Shown here: positions 44,536 to 55,000 of the stretch, piece after piece
Position numbering within the stretch: position 1 is the first letter of the stretch
Layout of the letters: each line of letters begins with the position of its first letter
Origin: Minisyncoccota bacterium
GTDB taxonomy: Bacteria; Patescibacteriota; Minisyncoccia; Phycocordibacterales; UBA9973
Direction of reading: 5' to 3'
Length of the DNA: 57,095 bases
Assembly: GCA_031972835.1 (NCBI GenBank)
Contig: DALYDX010000001.1
Location: 5,852 to 62,946, forward strand
The notes under the pieces: generated by a model
What the model was told of the DNA's origin: nothing
The model's database searches: none
The model's input: only the letters and a program-made list of their open reading frames with translations
Position numbers and translations under genes: made by a program

Positions 44536-46716
44536 TTATTCAAAGTGCATGTCGCTTTGTCTCTCTCGGATTGCTTCGACAAGTGTAGGATAGTTAGCTA
44601 AAGCACAGTCTTTTTCAATTAGGATTCTCGCTTCATTTCGAGCTGCTTCCACCATTTTGATATTGCGGATTGCTTCCATGCCAAGGTCTGTGATGCCCCA
44701 TTGTTTTCCGCCACCGAGCTCACCTGCACCTCGGAGTGCTAGGTCTAGTTCTGCAAGTTCAAAACCACTTTTCGCAGAGACTAAAGCTTTTAGTCTGTCT
44801 GCAGTTTTTTGTGATTTTGCATCCGCAAAGAGGTAACAATACGCCTGATGATTGGATCTGATCACGCGTCCACGAAGTTGGTGAAGTTGGGCGAGTCCGA
44901 AACGTTCTGCTCCTTCGATTATGATGATAGTTGCATTCTCGACACTTACACCGACTTCCACAACTGAAGTCGCGCAGAGTATATCTATCTCGTGATTTAG
45001 GAATGATTCCATGACTTCTTCTTTCTTTTGTTTCGTCATTTTAGAATGCAGTACTCCGATTTCGTATTCCGGAAACACTTCTTTCTTTAATCTCTTCGCT
45101 TCTTCGGTTACAGATTTTGCAATCACCGCCATCTCTTTTTCTGGATCTGGTTCATCGATGCGTGGACATATCACGTAGAGTTGTCTGCCATTTTTTAATT
45201 CAGCACGGATTTTTTCATATGACTCATCACGTTTGTTGGAGGGGATTATTTCCGTGATGATGGGTTTTCGTCCCATGGGCATCTGGTCGAGAATCGTCAG
45301 GTCTAAGTCTCCATATATTGTGAGGGCGAGTGTGCGGGGGATAGGTGTCGCTGTCATAGAGAGCAGGTGTGGAGAAATAGTTTTACCATTTGATTCCTTG
45401 TGCGCGAGTTTACTTCTCTGCATGGTGCCGAAGCGGTGTTGTTCGTCTATAATCACGAGAGCAAGATGTTTAAACTTCACTGATTTTTGTATGAGTGTAT
45501 GCGTGCCTATAAGTATCGGTATCTCGCCGTTTTCAACCCATTTCAAAAGTTGCGTGCGAGAAATGCTTGTCCAGTTACCGACGTTTGAAGCGACTTTCGA
45601 TGGGAACTTTCTACATCCACTGCCTGTGATGAGTCCGATATTTATCCCGGTGTGTTCGAAATATCTGATAAAGTTTTCAAAAAGTTGTGTTGCAAGTATT
45701 TCTGTCGGAGCCATGTATGCGACTTGAAGCGATCCAAAAGTTTGCTTCATAGGTCGATTGGTGATGATCCCATACGACGCACTTGCTGCGACTGCAGTCT
45801 TACCACTACCTACATCACCTTCAAGTAGTCGAGCCATAGGATGGTCGCGTACTATATCGGCACGGATACCCTCGATTGCTTTCTCCTGGCCTTCGGTGAG
45901 TGGAAAGGGAAATCGTTTTGTGAATTCTAGTAGATCTTCTTTTTCGATTTTTATTTCATATGCATAATTCGTTTTAAATATATGCCGGTCTTGTTGTTTC
46001 TTGAGTTGGATCAAGAACACTTCTTCGAAAGCAAAACGTTTTCGTGCAGCTTCGGCATCGTTTTCATTTCGTGGAGTATGTATCCATACGAGTGCTGTGC
46101 CAAGCTTTGGGAGGTTATATTTTTTTAATATTGGATCAGGTATTGGATCGATTATAGAATTTTGTATTCCAGATTTGAATATTTTATCAATCGCATGAAA
46201 TATAAACCTTGATGTGACTCCACGACTCTCGGGGTATATAGGGTATCTGATACCTGCGCTCGTAGAGCCTTCTTTTACAAAAAGCGTATCGTGTATATCT
46301 ATAGGGAGTGTCGGAGTTTTTTCTATCTCAGGATTTGTAATCGTGAGACCGCTTTTGGTTTGGCTTATTTTACCGGTGACTTTCACACTATCGCCGACTT
46401 GAAACATTTTTGCGAGGTATGCCTGATTGAACCAGACGATACTAATAGTCCCAGTCTGGTCCTCGACGGTCGCTTCGCCCATAGGTACTTTTGTACGGAA
46501 AGATTTCTTTGTCTTTGCTCGCGTGATAGTACCGTGGATTGTAGCAATCTCACCGGGATTTAAGTCGCGGATAAAATGCAGTTCCGATATGTCTGAGTAA
46601 CGAGTAGGGAAGTGATATAGAAGTTCGTGGATAGTGTTTATACCCAGGCGCGAGAGCGCCTTCTTCTCGGCTTCGGCGAGCTTGAAATGTATATTTAAAG
46701 TGTCAGTTATTTTCAC
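44536..46716 (-). CDS. recG: ATP-dependent DNA helicase RecG
   Basis: GDVGSGKT, DEQHRFG and an OB-wedge-like N-terminus. RecG-length protein. Confidence 0.9.
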   Translation of the reverse strand: MKITDTLNIHFKLAEAEKKALSRLGINTIHELLYHFPTRYSDISELHFIRDLNPGEIATIHGTITRAKTKKSFRTKVPMGEATVEDQTGTISIVWFNQAYLAKMFQVGDSVKVTGKISQTKSGLTITNPEIEKTPTLPIDIHDTLFVKEGSTSAGIRYPIYPESRGVTSRFIFHAIDKIFKSGIQNSIIDPIPDPILKKYNLPKLGTALVWIHTPRNENDAEAARKRFAFEEVFLIQLKKQQDRHIFKTNYAYEIKIEKEDLLEFTKRFPFPLTEGQEKAIEGIRADIVRDHPMARLLEGDVGSGKTAVAASASYGIITNRPMKQTFGSLQVAYMAPTEILATQLFENFIRYFEHTGINIGLITGSGCRKFPSKVASNVGNWTSISRTQLLKWVENGEIPILIGTHTLIQKSVKFKHLALVIIDEQHRFGTMQRSKLAHKESNGKTISPHLLSMTATPIPRTLALTIYGDLDLTILDQMPMGRKPIITEIIPSNKRDESYEKIRAELKNGRQLYVICPRIDEPDPEKEMAVIAKSVTEEAKRLKKEVFPEYEIGVLHSKMTKQKKEEVMESFLNHEIDILCATSVVEVGVSVENATIIIIEGAERFGLAQLHQLRGRVIRSNHQAYCYLFADAKSQKTADRLKALVSAKSGFELAELDLALRGAGELGGGKQWGITDLGMEAIRNIKMVEAARNEARILIEKDCALANYPTLVEAIRERQSDMHFE

Positions 46717-46811
46717 CTATTCATTTTAGCTTATTTTGTAAGGTTTTCTTATCATTGACAGAACACTATATAATATGGTATAATACATTCAAACCAAATA
46801 AAAAACTGAAT

Positions 46812-47741
46812 ATGAAAAAAATCCTTAATATCGTTATTGTAGGCGTTTTAGCCTTGAGCTTTATCTTCGCATCGTGTTCCTCTAAAAAGGAGGACATGAA
46901 TACCTATCAACTTATTGCATCTGAGAAAAATAATCAGAAGGCAATGCGTCTAATTGAGGAATTTTTGTTGAATGACAAACAAATTAAAACAGCCTTTGAA
47001 AAACCCCTCCGTTTTGTGGACACGATGGATTTATACGAGGCCAGGTTCCAAAGATTTGTTCCAAATGATCCAAGGCCAATGGTGCTTGTGGAGATAGTGT
47101 TTAACAAAAAGATTATAGCTGAATTCAATCGTCGTGCTGATAATATGCCGATTAGGCAAAAAGCATTTCTGATTGATGCAATTGCGCATAATCACAGAAT
47201 CGACTCTAGCATTGCGGGTGATTTGGCGACAGAGTATGCAGAAGCAATCTTTCGTACGAACACCGCAGATAGTTTGCCAGGATTTAGTATCTGGCATCAT
47301 ACACCCAGGGTTTTGGCGTATTGCCCAAATAGTGAGCGAAAGTTGCTCGACAGCGCACACGCGTACGCTACAAGCTTGTATGATAAAAAATATCTACCAA
47401 TTATAGGTAGATACAAGAGACTTAGGGAAGCAACAGATCATTATGGTGTGCCGGACTATGGTTATGGTACTGCAAATCTGCAAGAAGCACTGAAGCAAAA
47501 GACTGTATCTCTCGAAGATAGAATGATAGCGAGTCCGTATTCATATTCATTCTCGGAACTAATGGCTCTTCCATACAATAGGAATCTTAGCCCTGAGTAT
47601 TATGCTTGTTTGGTTCTAAAAGCTAAGACATATGAAGACTGTCAGGACCTGTTAAGGGTAATACCTGATAGTCATGTAGCCATCCAAGACGCATGTACAA
47701 AAAAAGCCCAGAATATTCTGGGTATAGGACAATGTGAATAA
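46812..47741 (+). CDS. hypothetical lipoprotein
   Basis: MKKILNIVIVGVLALSFIFASC is a signal peptide with a lipobox. A TTGACA-N18-TATAAT promoter lies at 46755-46784. Confidence 0.55.
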   Translation: MKKILNIVIVGVLALSFIFASCSSKKEDMNTYQLIASEKNNQKAMRLIEEFLLNDKQIKTAFEKPLRFVDTMDLYEARFQRFVPNDPRPMVLVEIVFNKKIIAEFNRRADNMPIRQKAFLIDAIAHNHRIDSSIAGDLATEYAEAIFRTNTADSLPGFSIWHHTPRVLAYCPNSERKLLDSAHAYATSLYDKKYLPIIGRYKRLREATDHYGVPDYGYGTANLQEALKQKTVSLEDRMIASPYSYSFSELMALPYNRNLSPEYYACLVLKAKTYEDCQDLLRVIPDSHVAIQDACTKKAQNILGIGQCE

Positions 47742-47850
47742 GATTTTTTCAAATATTTAAACTGCAGATAATATCTGCAGTTTTTCTTTTGGTTAAATTA
47801 TGCTTGACATTATAGTACAAAATGTGCTATAATGCAGTCAAACGTAAACT

Positions 47851-48450
47851 ATGATAACTAAAAAACAAACAGTATTTTTAGCATTAATTTGCTTTACATT
47901 ATTGACTGTAATCTTAGCCTCTTGCACAAGCAAGTCGGATAGAAAGATGGAACTGCAAGAGCAACAGAAACCGGTAACAGCAGAGCCAGTTATAAAACCT
48001 GTTGAGATTCCGGTGGCAGCGATCCCAAAAGGAATCGTAACTTTCACTCCTGAAAAGATGGAGGTTGATCCGGTGTTGTACAATCAAAATGATTTGATTG
48101 GTGAAGGCCAAACACCGGGCACTAGCTATAAAGCGGGTATTTATTTCACAGCTGGCGACAAGGAATTAAAATTAGTTTTGTATGAGTATTACTATAATAG
48201 CCCGAAATATTATAATGATAGTGGAGAAATTAATGATGAGAGTAGAGAGCGCCAGTCTGAGGAAAAAGCTATTTTACAAAAGGCGAAGGACTGTTATACT
48301 GCGATCAAAAATTCTTCGTTTTCAGATTTGATCATCGAAGATCAAAATGGCCGTGTGATTACTGTAAAGAAAAAAATTTCGGTGACTGAAAAAAAAGATG
48401 GTAATGCCATCATTCGTCAGGACTCAGTTATCCAACTGTATCCGTACTGA
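47851..48450 (+). CDS. hypothetical lipoprotein
   Basis: Signal peptide plus lipobox (LTVILASC). Confidence 0.55.
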   Translation: MITKKQTVFLALICFTLLTVILASCTSKSDRKMELQEQQKPVTAEPVIKPVEIPVAAIPKGIVTFTPEKMEVDPVLYNQNDLIGEGQTPGTSYKAGIYFTAGDKELKLVLYEYYYNSPKYYNDSGEINDESRERQSEEKAILQKAKDCYTAIKNSSFSDLIIEDQNGRVITVKKKISVTEKKDGNAIIRQDSVIQLYPY

Positions 48451-48570
48451 AAATTTCCTAAAATATAAATATTTGAAAACACCAAGTCTAACTTGGTGTT
48501 TTTTATTTTTCAATATTAACCATGTTTGACAAGTTATATATAAAATGTATAATATTAAAAAAATATAAAA

Positions 48571-49245
48571 ATGAAAAAAAACAAAACCTCGCTTCTTGCT
48601 GTGTTTGCGTTTGCAACTATGGCATTACTGGCTTCTTGTGCCCACACATCTGCCGAAGGGCAAGATGACTCAGGCGCTATGACAGAACCAGTCACCAATT
48701 TCCCTGACAGCTCATCTATGGTTGCCCCAGTTGCACCTCTTGAGCAAGAAAATACTGCTATTCTCCATACCGAGGAGGTATCGCCAAATGAAAAGGTAAG
48801 CCCTACTCTTCCAAAAGAAGAAACAAAGAACACGACATATATAACTCATGTTCAGGTGGAAGAACCATTGGAAAAAGTTTTCACTGAAGGCAAGCGCGCC
48901 GGTGTTGAGTATAGCTCAGCCGTTTATTTTATTGATTCAGTCGATAGTGAAGGGCGAGAATATCCATTGTATTTTGAGTACAAAGCATTCAATACTCCCA
49001 CAAAGACTGATTCTGCCGAAGTAGAAAGCAAGAAAGCGCTTGAGGTTGCTAGAAAAACTTTCGAGTACATCATCAATCTGGAGAATCCTTCAGATCTGTA
49101 TCTCGTAACAGATGCCGAGGGAGAAATCCTCGAGGTATGGACAAAGTTGCATGCAAAGAAAGAAAAAATAGGGAACGTGACCGTGCGTGATCCGGATCCA
49201 GTAATGATCTGGCCGGTGTACGATGTTCCACAAGAAAAAAAATAA
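48571..49245 (+). CDS. hypothetical lipoprotein, distant paralog of 47851-48450
   Basis: Lipobox MALLASC. It shares the pattern (A/S)xxYF...(L/Y)xxEYxxxN with the previous ORF. Confidence 0.55.
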   Translation: MKKNKTSLLAVFAFATMALLASCAHTSAEGQDDSGAMTEPVTNFPDSSSMVAPVAPLEQENTAILHTEEVSPNEKVSPTLPKEETKNTTYITHVQVEEPLEKVFTEGKRAGVEYSSAVYFIDSVDSEGREYPLYFEYKAFNTPTKTDSAEVESKKALEVARKTFEYIINLENPSDLYLVTDAEGEILEVWTKLHAKKEKIGNVTVRDPDPVMIWPVYDVPQEKK

Positions 49246-49294
49246 ATAAAAAATCCCTCCGCATAATCGGAGGGATTTAATTTTTCCAGATGCT

Positions 49295-49759
49295 TTATTT
49301 ATCTGCCAAAACAAACACTGTACCTTTCATTGTTGGATGCAAGTGATCATGGAACTCATATGTTCCAGCTTTTTCAAATTTGAAAGTATAGATTTCTCCT
49401 GTTGAGTAACCTTTCTTTGCATCAAATGCACTAAATTCAGTATGTGTTGGGTGTGGATCTGAAGCAACCCACATCAAGCCTGATGTATCATTTTTGAATG
49501 ATACACTGTCGCCTTCGTCTATAGTTACAGTTATCGGACTAAAGCCAAGTTGTCCATAGTCTAGGACAAAAGTTTTATCTTCATCGACACTTGTATTCGT
49601 GTCTACTGTGGTGGTATTTGTGTTTATATTTGTATTTGTTTCAGAAGGGTTGTTCGTATTGTCTTCTAAGTTGACCATATCCTTGTCTTTACCAAATATA
49701 ATAAATCCTCCTACTACTATAAGGATAATAAGCCCCAAAATTGCATATGTTTTGTTCAT
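49295..49759 (-). CDS. cupredoxin-like secreted protein
   Basis: N-terminal TM/signal segment. The C-terminus GTYEFHDHLHPTMKGTVFV resembles plastocyanin-family C-x-x-H-x-x-x-x-M but has Asp where Cys is expected. Confidence 0.45.
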   Translation of the reverse strand: MNKTYAILGLIILIVVGGFIIFGKDKDMVNLEDNTNNPSETNTNINTNTTTVDTNTSVDEDKTFVLDYGQLGFSPITVTIDEGDSVSFKNDTSGLMWVASDPHPTHTEFSAFDAKKGYSTGEIYTFKFEKAGTYEFHDHLHPTMKGTVFVLADK

Positions 49760-49855
49760 AAGTGATATATTCGGTTAATCTACTAATACTTTAATTGTAC
49801 GCTTATGCCTACAAAGCACAATGAGACAAAAAAATCAGGGGATTTACCCCTGATT

Positions 49856-50224
49856 TTATCCTAGTATACTTTTTATTTTGTCTGACAGTTCGTCTAGTGT
49901 GAAGTTGGACTTTATCATGAAGTCATTTGCTCCGAGCTCTCGAGCACGAGTGACATCTTTGTCTTCGGAAAGATTTGAGAATATTATAACTGGTGTTTTT
50001 GCTAGAGCCGCATTTGAGCGGATTTTCTCTAACACCGTGAATCCATCCATAGTAGGGAGTACAAGGTCTAGTAGTATAAAATCAGGCTTTTCACTATCAG
50101 CGATCTTCACTGCATCTTCGCCATCGCTGGCTGTAAGCACTTGAAAACCATCTTTTGATAATTTACCCGCAGCTAACCCTTGGAGGAATGAATCATCTTC
50201 AACTATAAGTATTTTCTTTGGCAT
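49856..50224 (-). CDS. single-domain response regulator (CheY-like receiver)
   Basis: ILIVEDD...DLVLPTMDG...K receiver motifs. Confidence 0.85.
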   Translation of the reverse strand: MPKKILIVEDDSFLQGLAAGKLSKDGFQVLTASDGEDAVKIADSEKPDFILLDLVLPTMDGFTVLEKIRSNAALAKTPVIIFSNLSEDKDVTRARELGANDFMIKSNFTLDELSDKIKSILG

Positions 50225-50248
50225 AAGTCTTATTGTACTCGGAGTGTA

Positions 50249-50998
50249 TTATTGGTGCAAGGGGAGTGAAAAGTTGAAAGAAGTCCCTTCTTCTGTGGAA
50301 TTGAAACTGATTTTTCCACCATGTCGTTCGACAATGTGTTTTGTTGTGTATAGTCCTAGGCCTGATCCGATTGAGTCTTTCACCTTAGCATTTGTAGCTC
50401 TATAGAATTTTCCGAAGATTTGATCTTGCTCGGACTGTGGGATACCGATTCCTGTGTCTTTGACTGATACTTCGATTCCGCTTTCGTTTGCATGGATTGA
50501 TATCAGGACTTTGTCTCCAGTGTTGCTGTATTTGATTGCGTTCTCGATTAGGTTTTGGATAACAACGCGGATCTTTTCCTTATCGCATGTTATTGATTTG
50601 ATAGGGTTTTCTGGTTTTAGAAATATTGTTTCAATACCTTTTTTGAAAGCTTCGCTCGAAAAATCAAAAAGTGTCTCATCTATCAGTTTTACTATATCGA
50701 CTTCTTCAAAATTGTATGTCAGTGAGGTCGCATCAGCATGATTGAGCGAGAGCATTTCGTTCACAAGTGTGAGCATGCGTTCGTTTGAATCACTTGCGCG
50801 TTTCATGAAGTCATTCTGTTCAGGAGTAAGCTCACCAAAATCTTTGTCTAAAAACATGCGAAGTATCCACTTCACAGCGGAAAGGGTAGTGCGGAGTTGG
50901 TGGGCTGATATGGATATCCAATTACTCTTTAGAGCATTTTGTTGCTTGAGTTCTTCGTTTTCTTTTTTAAGTTGTTCGATTTCTTCTGTTTCGGTCAT
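50249..50998 (-). CDS. sensor histidine kinase (cytoplasmic, coiled-coil + HisKA + HATPase_c)
   Basis: H-box ISAHQLRTTLSAV, an N-box NLIENAIKYS and a G-box GSGLGLY. I prefer the ATG at 50998, because the longer track ORF runs into the divergent promoter. Confidence 0.8.
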   Translation of the reverse strand: MTETEEIEQLKKENEELKQQNALKSNWISISAHQLRTTLSAVKWILRMFLDKDFGELTPEQNDFMKRASDSNERMLTLVNEMLSLNHADATSLTYNFEEVDIVKLIDETLFDFSSEAFKKGIETIFLKPENPIKSITCDKEKIRVVIQNLIENAIKYSNTGDKVLISIHANESGIEVSVKDTGIGIPQSEQDQIFGKFYRATNAKVKDSIGSGLGLYTTKHIVERHGGKISFNSTEEGTSFNFSLPLHQ

Positions 50999-51115
50999 GG
51001 AAGCATTATACCTTGCGAGTGGATGTAGTACAAAATCTGCGGGCTCTGTGGTAGACCGTTGGAATCTATTTATTGACAAAATTGCCACAAAATGTATTAT
51101 GAAAAAAAATATAGA

Positions 51116-51400
51116 ATGGAACAAACTAATACTCTGTTGTTAATAACAACAGATACAGAAGGCCAAGCAATAGGTACTTTGCAAAGTGCTCAACCTGATT
51201 TAGGAAATGTTATCTTGGTCAGCTCCAGAGATGCCCTTAAAGAAGCATTAGAAGATCAGACTAATGGAACATATTTCTATAAAGTAATTTATAGCTATCT
51301 ACTAAATGAAGAACTGATTAATGCTAAAAAAGAATTTAATGTAAAAGATGGGACGTATAAAAAGGTAGAAGGAAAAATATCAAATTATTTAGATAATTGA
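51116..51400 (+). CDS. hypothetical protein
   Basis: The TTGACA (51073-78)-N16-TATTAT (51095-100) promoter overlaps the track start, so I prefer the next ATG at 51116. Confidence 0.4.
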   Translation: MEQTNTLLLITTDTEGQAIGTLQSAQPDLGNVILVSSRDALKEALEDQTNGTYFYKVIYSYLLNEELINAKKEFNVKDGTYKKVEGKISNYLDN

Positions 51401-51450
51401 TGAAGTAAATGATTAGTTGGAATACTAGTCATTTTTTATTTGTAAAATCT

Positions 51451-51868
51451 GCGGAGTCTATTGTACAAAATTCGAACTTATTTTGAAAGCAATCCCGATG
51501 AAAGCTAATCGCACGCGCGGAGCGCGTGGTGGCTCTAAATTAAGCCGTACGCTCCACGAAAGCCCCGCCACCGCCTCGCTTCACTCGGCAACCCCAAAAA
51601 GAAAAAATGTCTCTTGCTTTTCTGTTTTCGCGGGGGTGATTTTTTCTAAAATGGAAAGGACATTTTTCTTTTTGGGGTTCTGCCTTCCAAGTATTCAGGC
51701 AGTGTGGCGGGGCTTCAATTCGGACTCGGTTTTGCGAAAATTATTTTCTGGGGTATTGGATTTTCGCAAAACCGAGACTAATTTGTTTTTGGATTTTGTT
51801 CGCGCGGAGGAGGGGTCTGGGGAGGAATCCGCGCGGGCTTCTGTGTTTTTTGGCTGGGTGGGGGGCTA
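51451..51868 (+). repeat. left arm of a perfect 418-bp inverted repeat (GC-rich, internally hairpin-rich)
   Basis: I compared it block by block with the reverse complement of 55412-55829 and every block I checked was identical. Confidence 0.95.
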
Positions 51869-52004
51869 CAACCAAAATTGTTATTATGCTATGAGTTATA
51901 AAAAGTGTTATAATACTTTTGTTAGCCAAGTGGTGTGGATAAACGCAATTGAGGTAATTTTTTGATGTCGAATATCATTTTTAATTAAATATTTAAATAT
52001 TATT

Positions 52005-55000
52005 ATGAAGCATGAAGTACTCTCTCTCTCTCGTAAAACCGCCAAGTTTTTTTGCTTGGTTTTGATTTTACTGCAAGTATTTTATGGCTTTGCTCCAGTA
52101 GTATTTGCAGCAACTTCAACTTGGGATTTTTTAAATTCTTCCGACTATACTTTTGATAATACAAAAATAGAATTTTCAGGTGGGCAAGCTCAACTTAAAG
52201 CGACAAGTACCCCTGCTTGGTATTCAACATCATGGACAAAACGAAAAGCAGTAACGATAACTGGTTCTTCTGCCGGAGCGCAAACGAATTATCAAGTAAA
52301 AATTACTGTCCCATACGATGCTGATATGCAAGCGGATTATGATGATATTCGCTTCACATCATCCGATGGACAAACACTTTTAGATTACTATCTCGAATCA
52401 AAAACAAATTCCTCGACCGCCGACTTTTGGGTTGAGGTGCCATCAATCCCTGCATCGCCCGATACAGTGGCGGTGTATATGTATTATGGAAATTCCAGCG
52501 CCAGCTCGGTGTCAAGCGGAGCCAATACCTTTATTTCGGGAACAGATTTTGTGCAGGATGATGGATTTTCCTATCGCGACAATGGAACAAGTGAAAGCTA
52601 TGGCGACAGTACAGGACAGATTCGTAGTAATGGGGGGCAACTCTCTTTAGTAGGAGTTGACAGAATTAGTGATAGTTATGTAGCTAATAATAGAAAAGCT
52701 AACGGAGCAAGTATTGTTGGTTCTGTCGTGGACAGCACGGCACTGAATGACCCCGAAGACGTACTCATCGATGGAGATTATGTGTACATACCGACCAGAG
52801 CTGGTGGAAAGTTGAGTGTATATAATATCTCTAATCCCGCTTCTCCAACATTTGTCAGTAGCTTTACCGATAGTGATTTGACCGAAGCCGTAGGCGTTGC
52901 CAAAAATGGAAACACGATTTACTTGGTCTCTTGGCATAATCACAAGTTGCTAATTTTAGATGCAACCGATCCGTCAAATATCACTAAAACTTCTTCAATT
53001 GAAATTGGAACGACCGAAGGCGGTGGTGACCCTGATGAATTAAGAAAAGTATTCTATTTAGACGGATATGCATATGTTACTCACAGCCACGATCAAAAAC
53101 TTTATATCGTAGATGTTTCCAATCCTGCATCGCCGTCAATTACTGGTAGCGTCGCGACAGGTGATGGGGCGTTTGCGGTTTTTGTAAAGGGAAATTATGC
53201 ATACGTCGGTGGCTGTTTCGTCGGCTCGTCGTTAAAAGTGATTGATGTATCTAATAAGACCGCCCCATCAGTAGTGAAAACTCTTTCAAGTGGAAATTAT
53301 TCTTGTACTGCTGGTTTCGCAAATAGCGGTAATAATTTGTATGCTGTCTACTACAGTAGTAATACTTTTGTGACATTTGACATTTCCGATCCTGCTAATA
53401 CTTCTCAAATTGGGATTTTGAGTAATTCGTCGCTTAACAGCCCTAATCGTTTAGATGTCTTTGGAAATACCGCCTATGTTGCTTCCGCTGGAGGCGATGC
53501 AATAGTTCAGGTCAATATTACTGATCCAACGAATCCGACTTTGAGTACTATAACGGCAAACGTTCTTTTGGATCGGGCGTACGGCGTTAAATATTCTGAG
53601 GGAAAAGTCTTTGCAGTAGGGCGCGCCGCCGATAGTCTTGTAATACTCGATCCATCAACTATTGATGAAGGAAGCGAAGATGTGAATGTAAACGTATCGG
53701 ATAATTTTTCTGTCCGGTCAAAGTTTAGATTAACAGCGGCGACGGCCGGCGCATGGCTCCCAGTGACGGGTATCAGCGCGGACGGTAGCGCAATCAATTC
53801 GGGGGCGAGTGCTTACAGTCTCAATCCTATTTGGTTTAATAATACGTTGCAGGTGATAGAATTTTTTGGCGCAGGAGGCACGTACTACAAACAAGCCGCC
53901 AGTGCAGTTTCAACGTCACTTAACACAACATATATTACAGAATTAAAGAAAGTTGGAAGTAATGCAACCTTATCTGTTTACCAGACAGACGGGACATTAG
54001 TTGGTTCATCCGTAATTTCCTCTCTTACCAACTCCAGCATTGAGTACAAATGGTTAATGCCATATCAAAACACAGCGTCTAATGGCAACTGGGGATCAGG
54101 CAAAACAACAACTCAAGATATATATTTCTCATTTTTAAGAAATTATGTATCCCCCGAGCCAACCTACAGTATTGGTTCAGAAGTGAATATATATCCTAGT
54201 GACAATCCAACAGTCCAACCTACTTCTGCCACTCCTTTCACTTCACTTTCAGGTTTTGTCGAAACCTCAACACTCAACAGCGGAGCAATAAAATACCAAA
54301 TCTCAAATGACGGAGGTACGACTTGGTATTGGTATAGTTCAGGTTGGACTACAACCAACACTGGATACACAGAAGCAAACACTGCAAGTGATGTAAATTC
54401 TAATATTGCTACGTTTCCTGTTGGAAGCGGATCATTTTTATGGAGAGTATATCTACATTCTGATGGCACGCAGTTGGTACAACTTGATAATATTAACTTA
54501 ACATATATTAGCGATGCGACTGCTCCCGTTCTCTCTTTAGGATCGCCGTCTAACACGCTTGCACACGGAACAACAGGCACAACACTTTCTCTTACTACGG
54601 ATGAAAATGCGACTTGTAAATACGGAACCATTTCTGGTACAGCGTATGCTTCCATTGCTAGTACATTTACAACCACTGGCGGGACTTCACACAGTGCTTC
54701 ACTAACTGGTTTATCAAATGGCACTAGTTATACTTATTATATTCGTTGCGAAGACGAACAAAGTAATAGTAATTCTAATGATTATACAATATCTTTTTCT
54801 GTCGCAAACCCACCAAGCAGTGGAGGAAGTGGTGGATTTTCGGCTCCATATCCGACGGCACCAGCAGGAGGATTTACCGCAACTAGAGATATAACTAACT
54901 CTCAAAATAAAACTGTTTTACATTTTGGTTTTGGTAATGATATTACAAACATTGCTATTTCAGAAAATGCAAACTTCTACCCTGCCACTTATATAAATGC

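Noticed and set aside
51483-51965. ORFs 51483-51965 (+) and 55411-55797 (-), encoding identical 128-aa N-terminal sequence
   Set aside because: They are the two arms of the inverted repeat read in frame. The sequence is GC-rich and hairpin-dense, and the Arg/Gly/Ser/Phe-rich translation lacks protein-like features.
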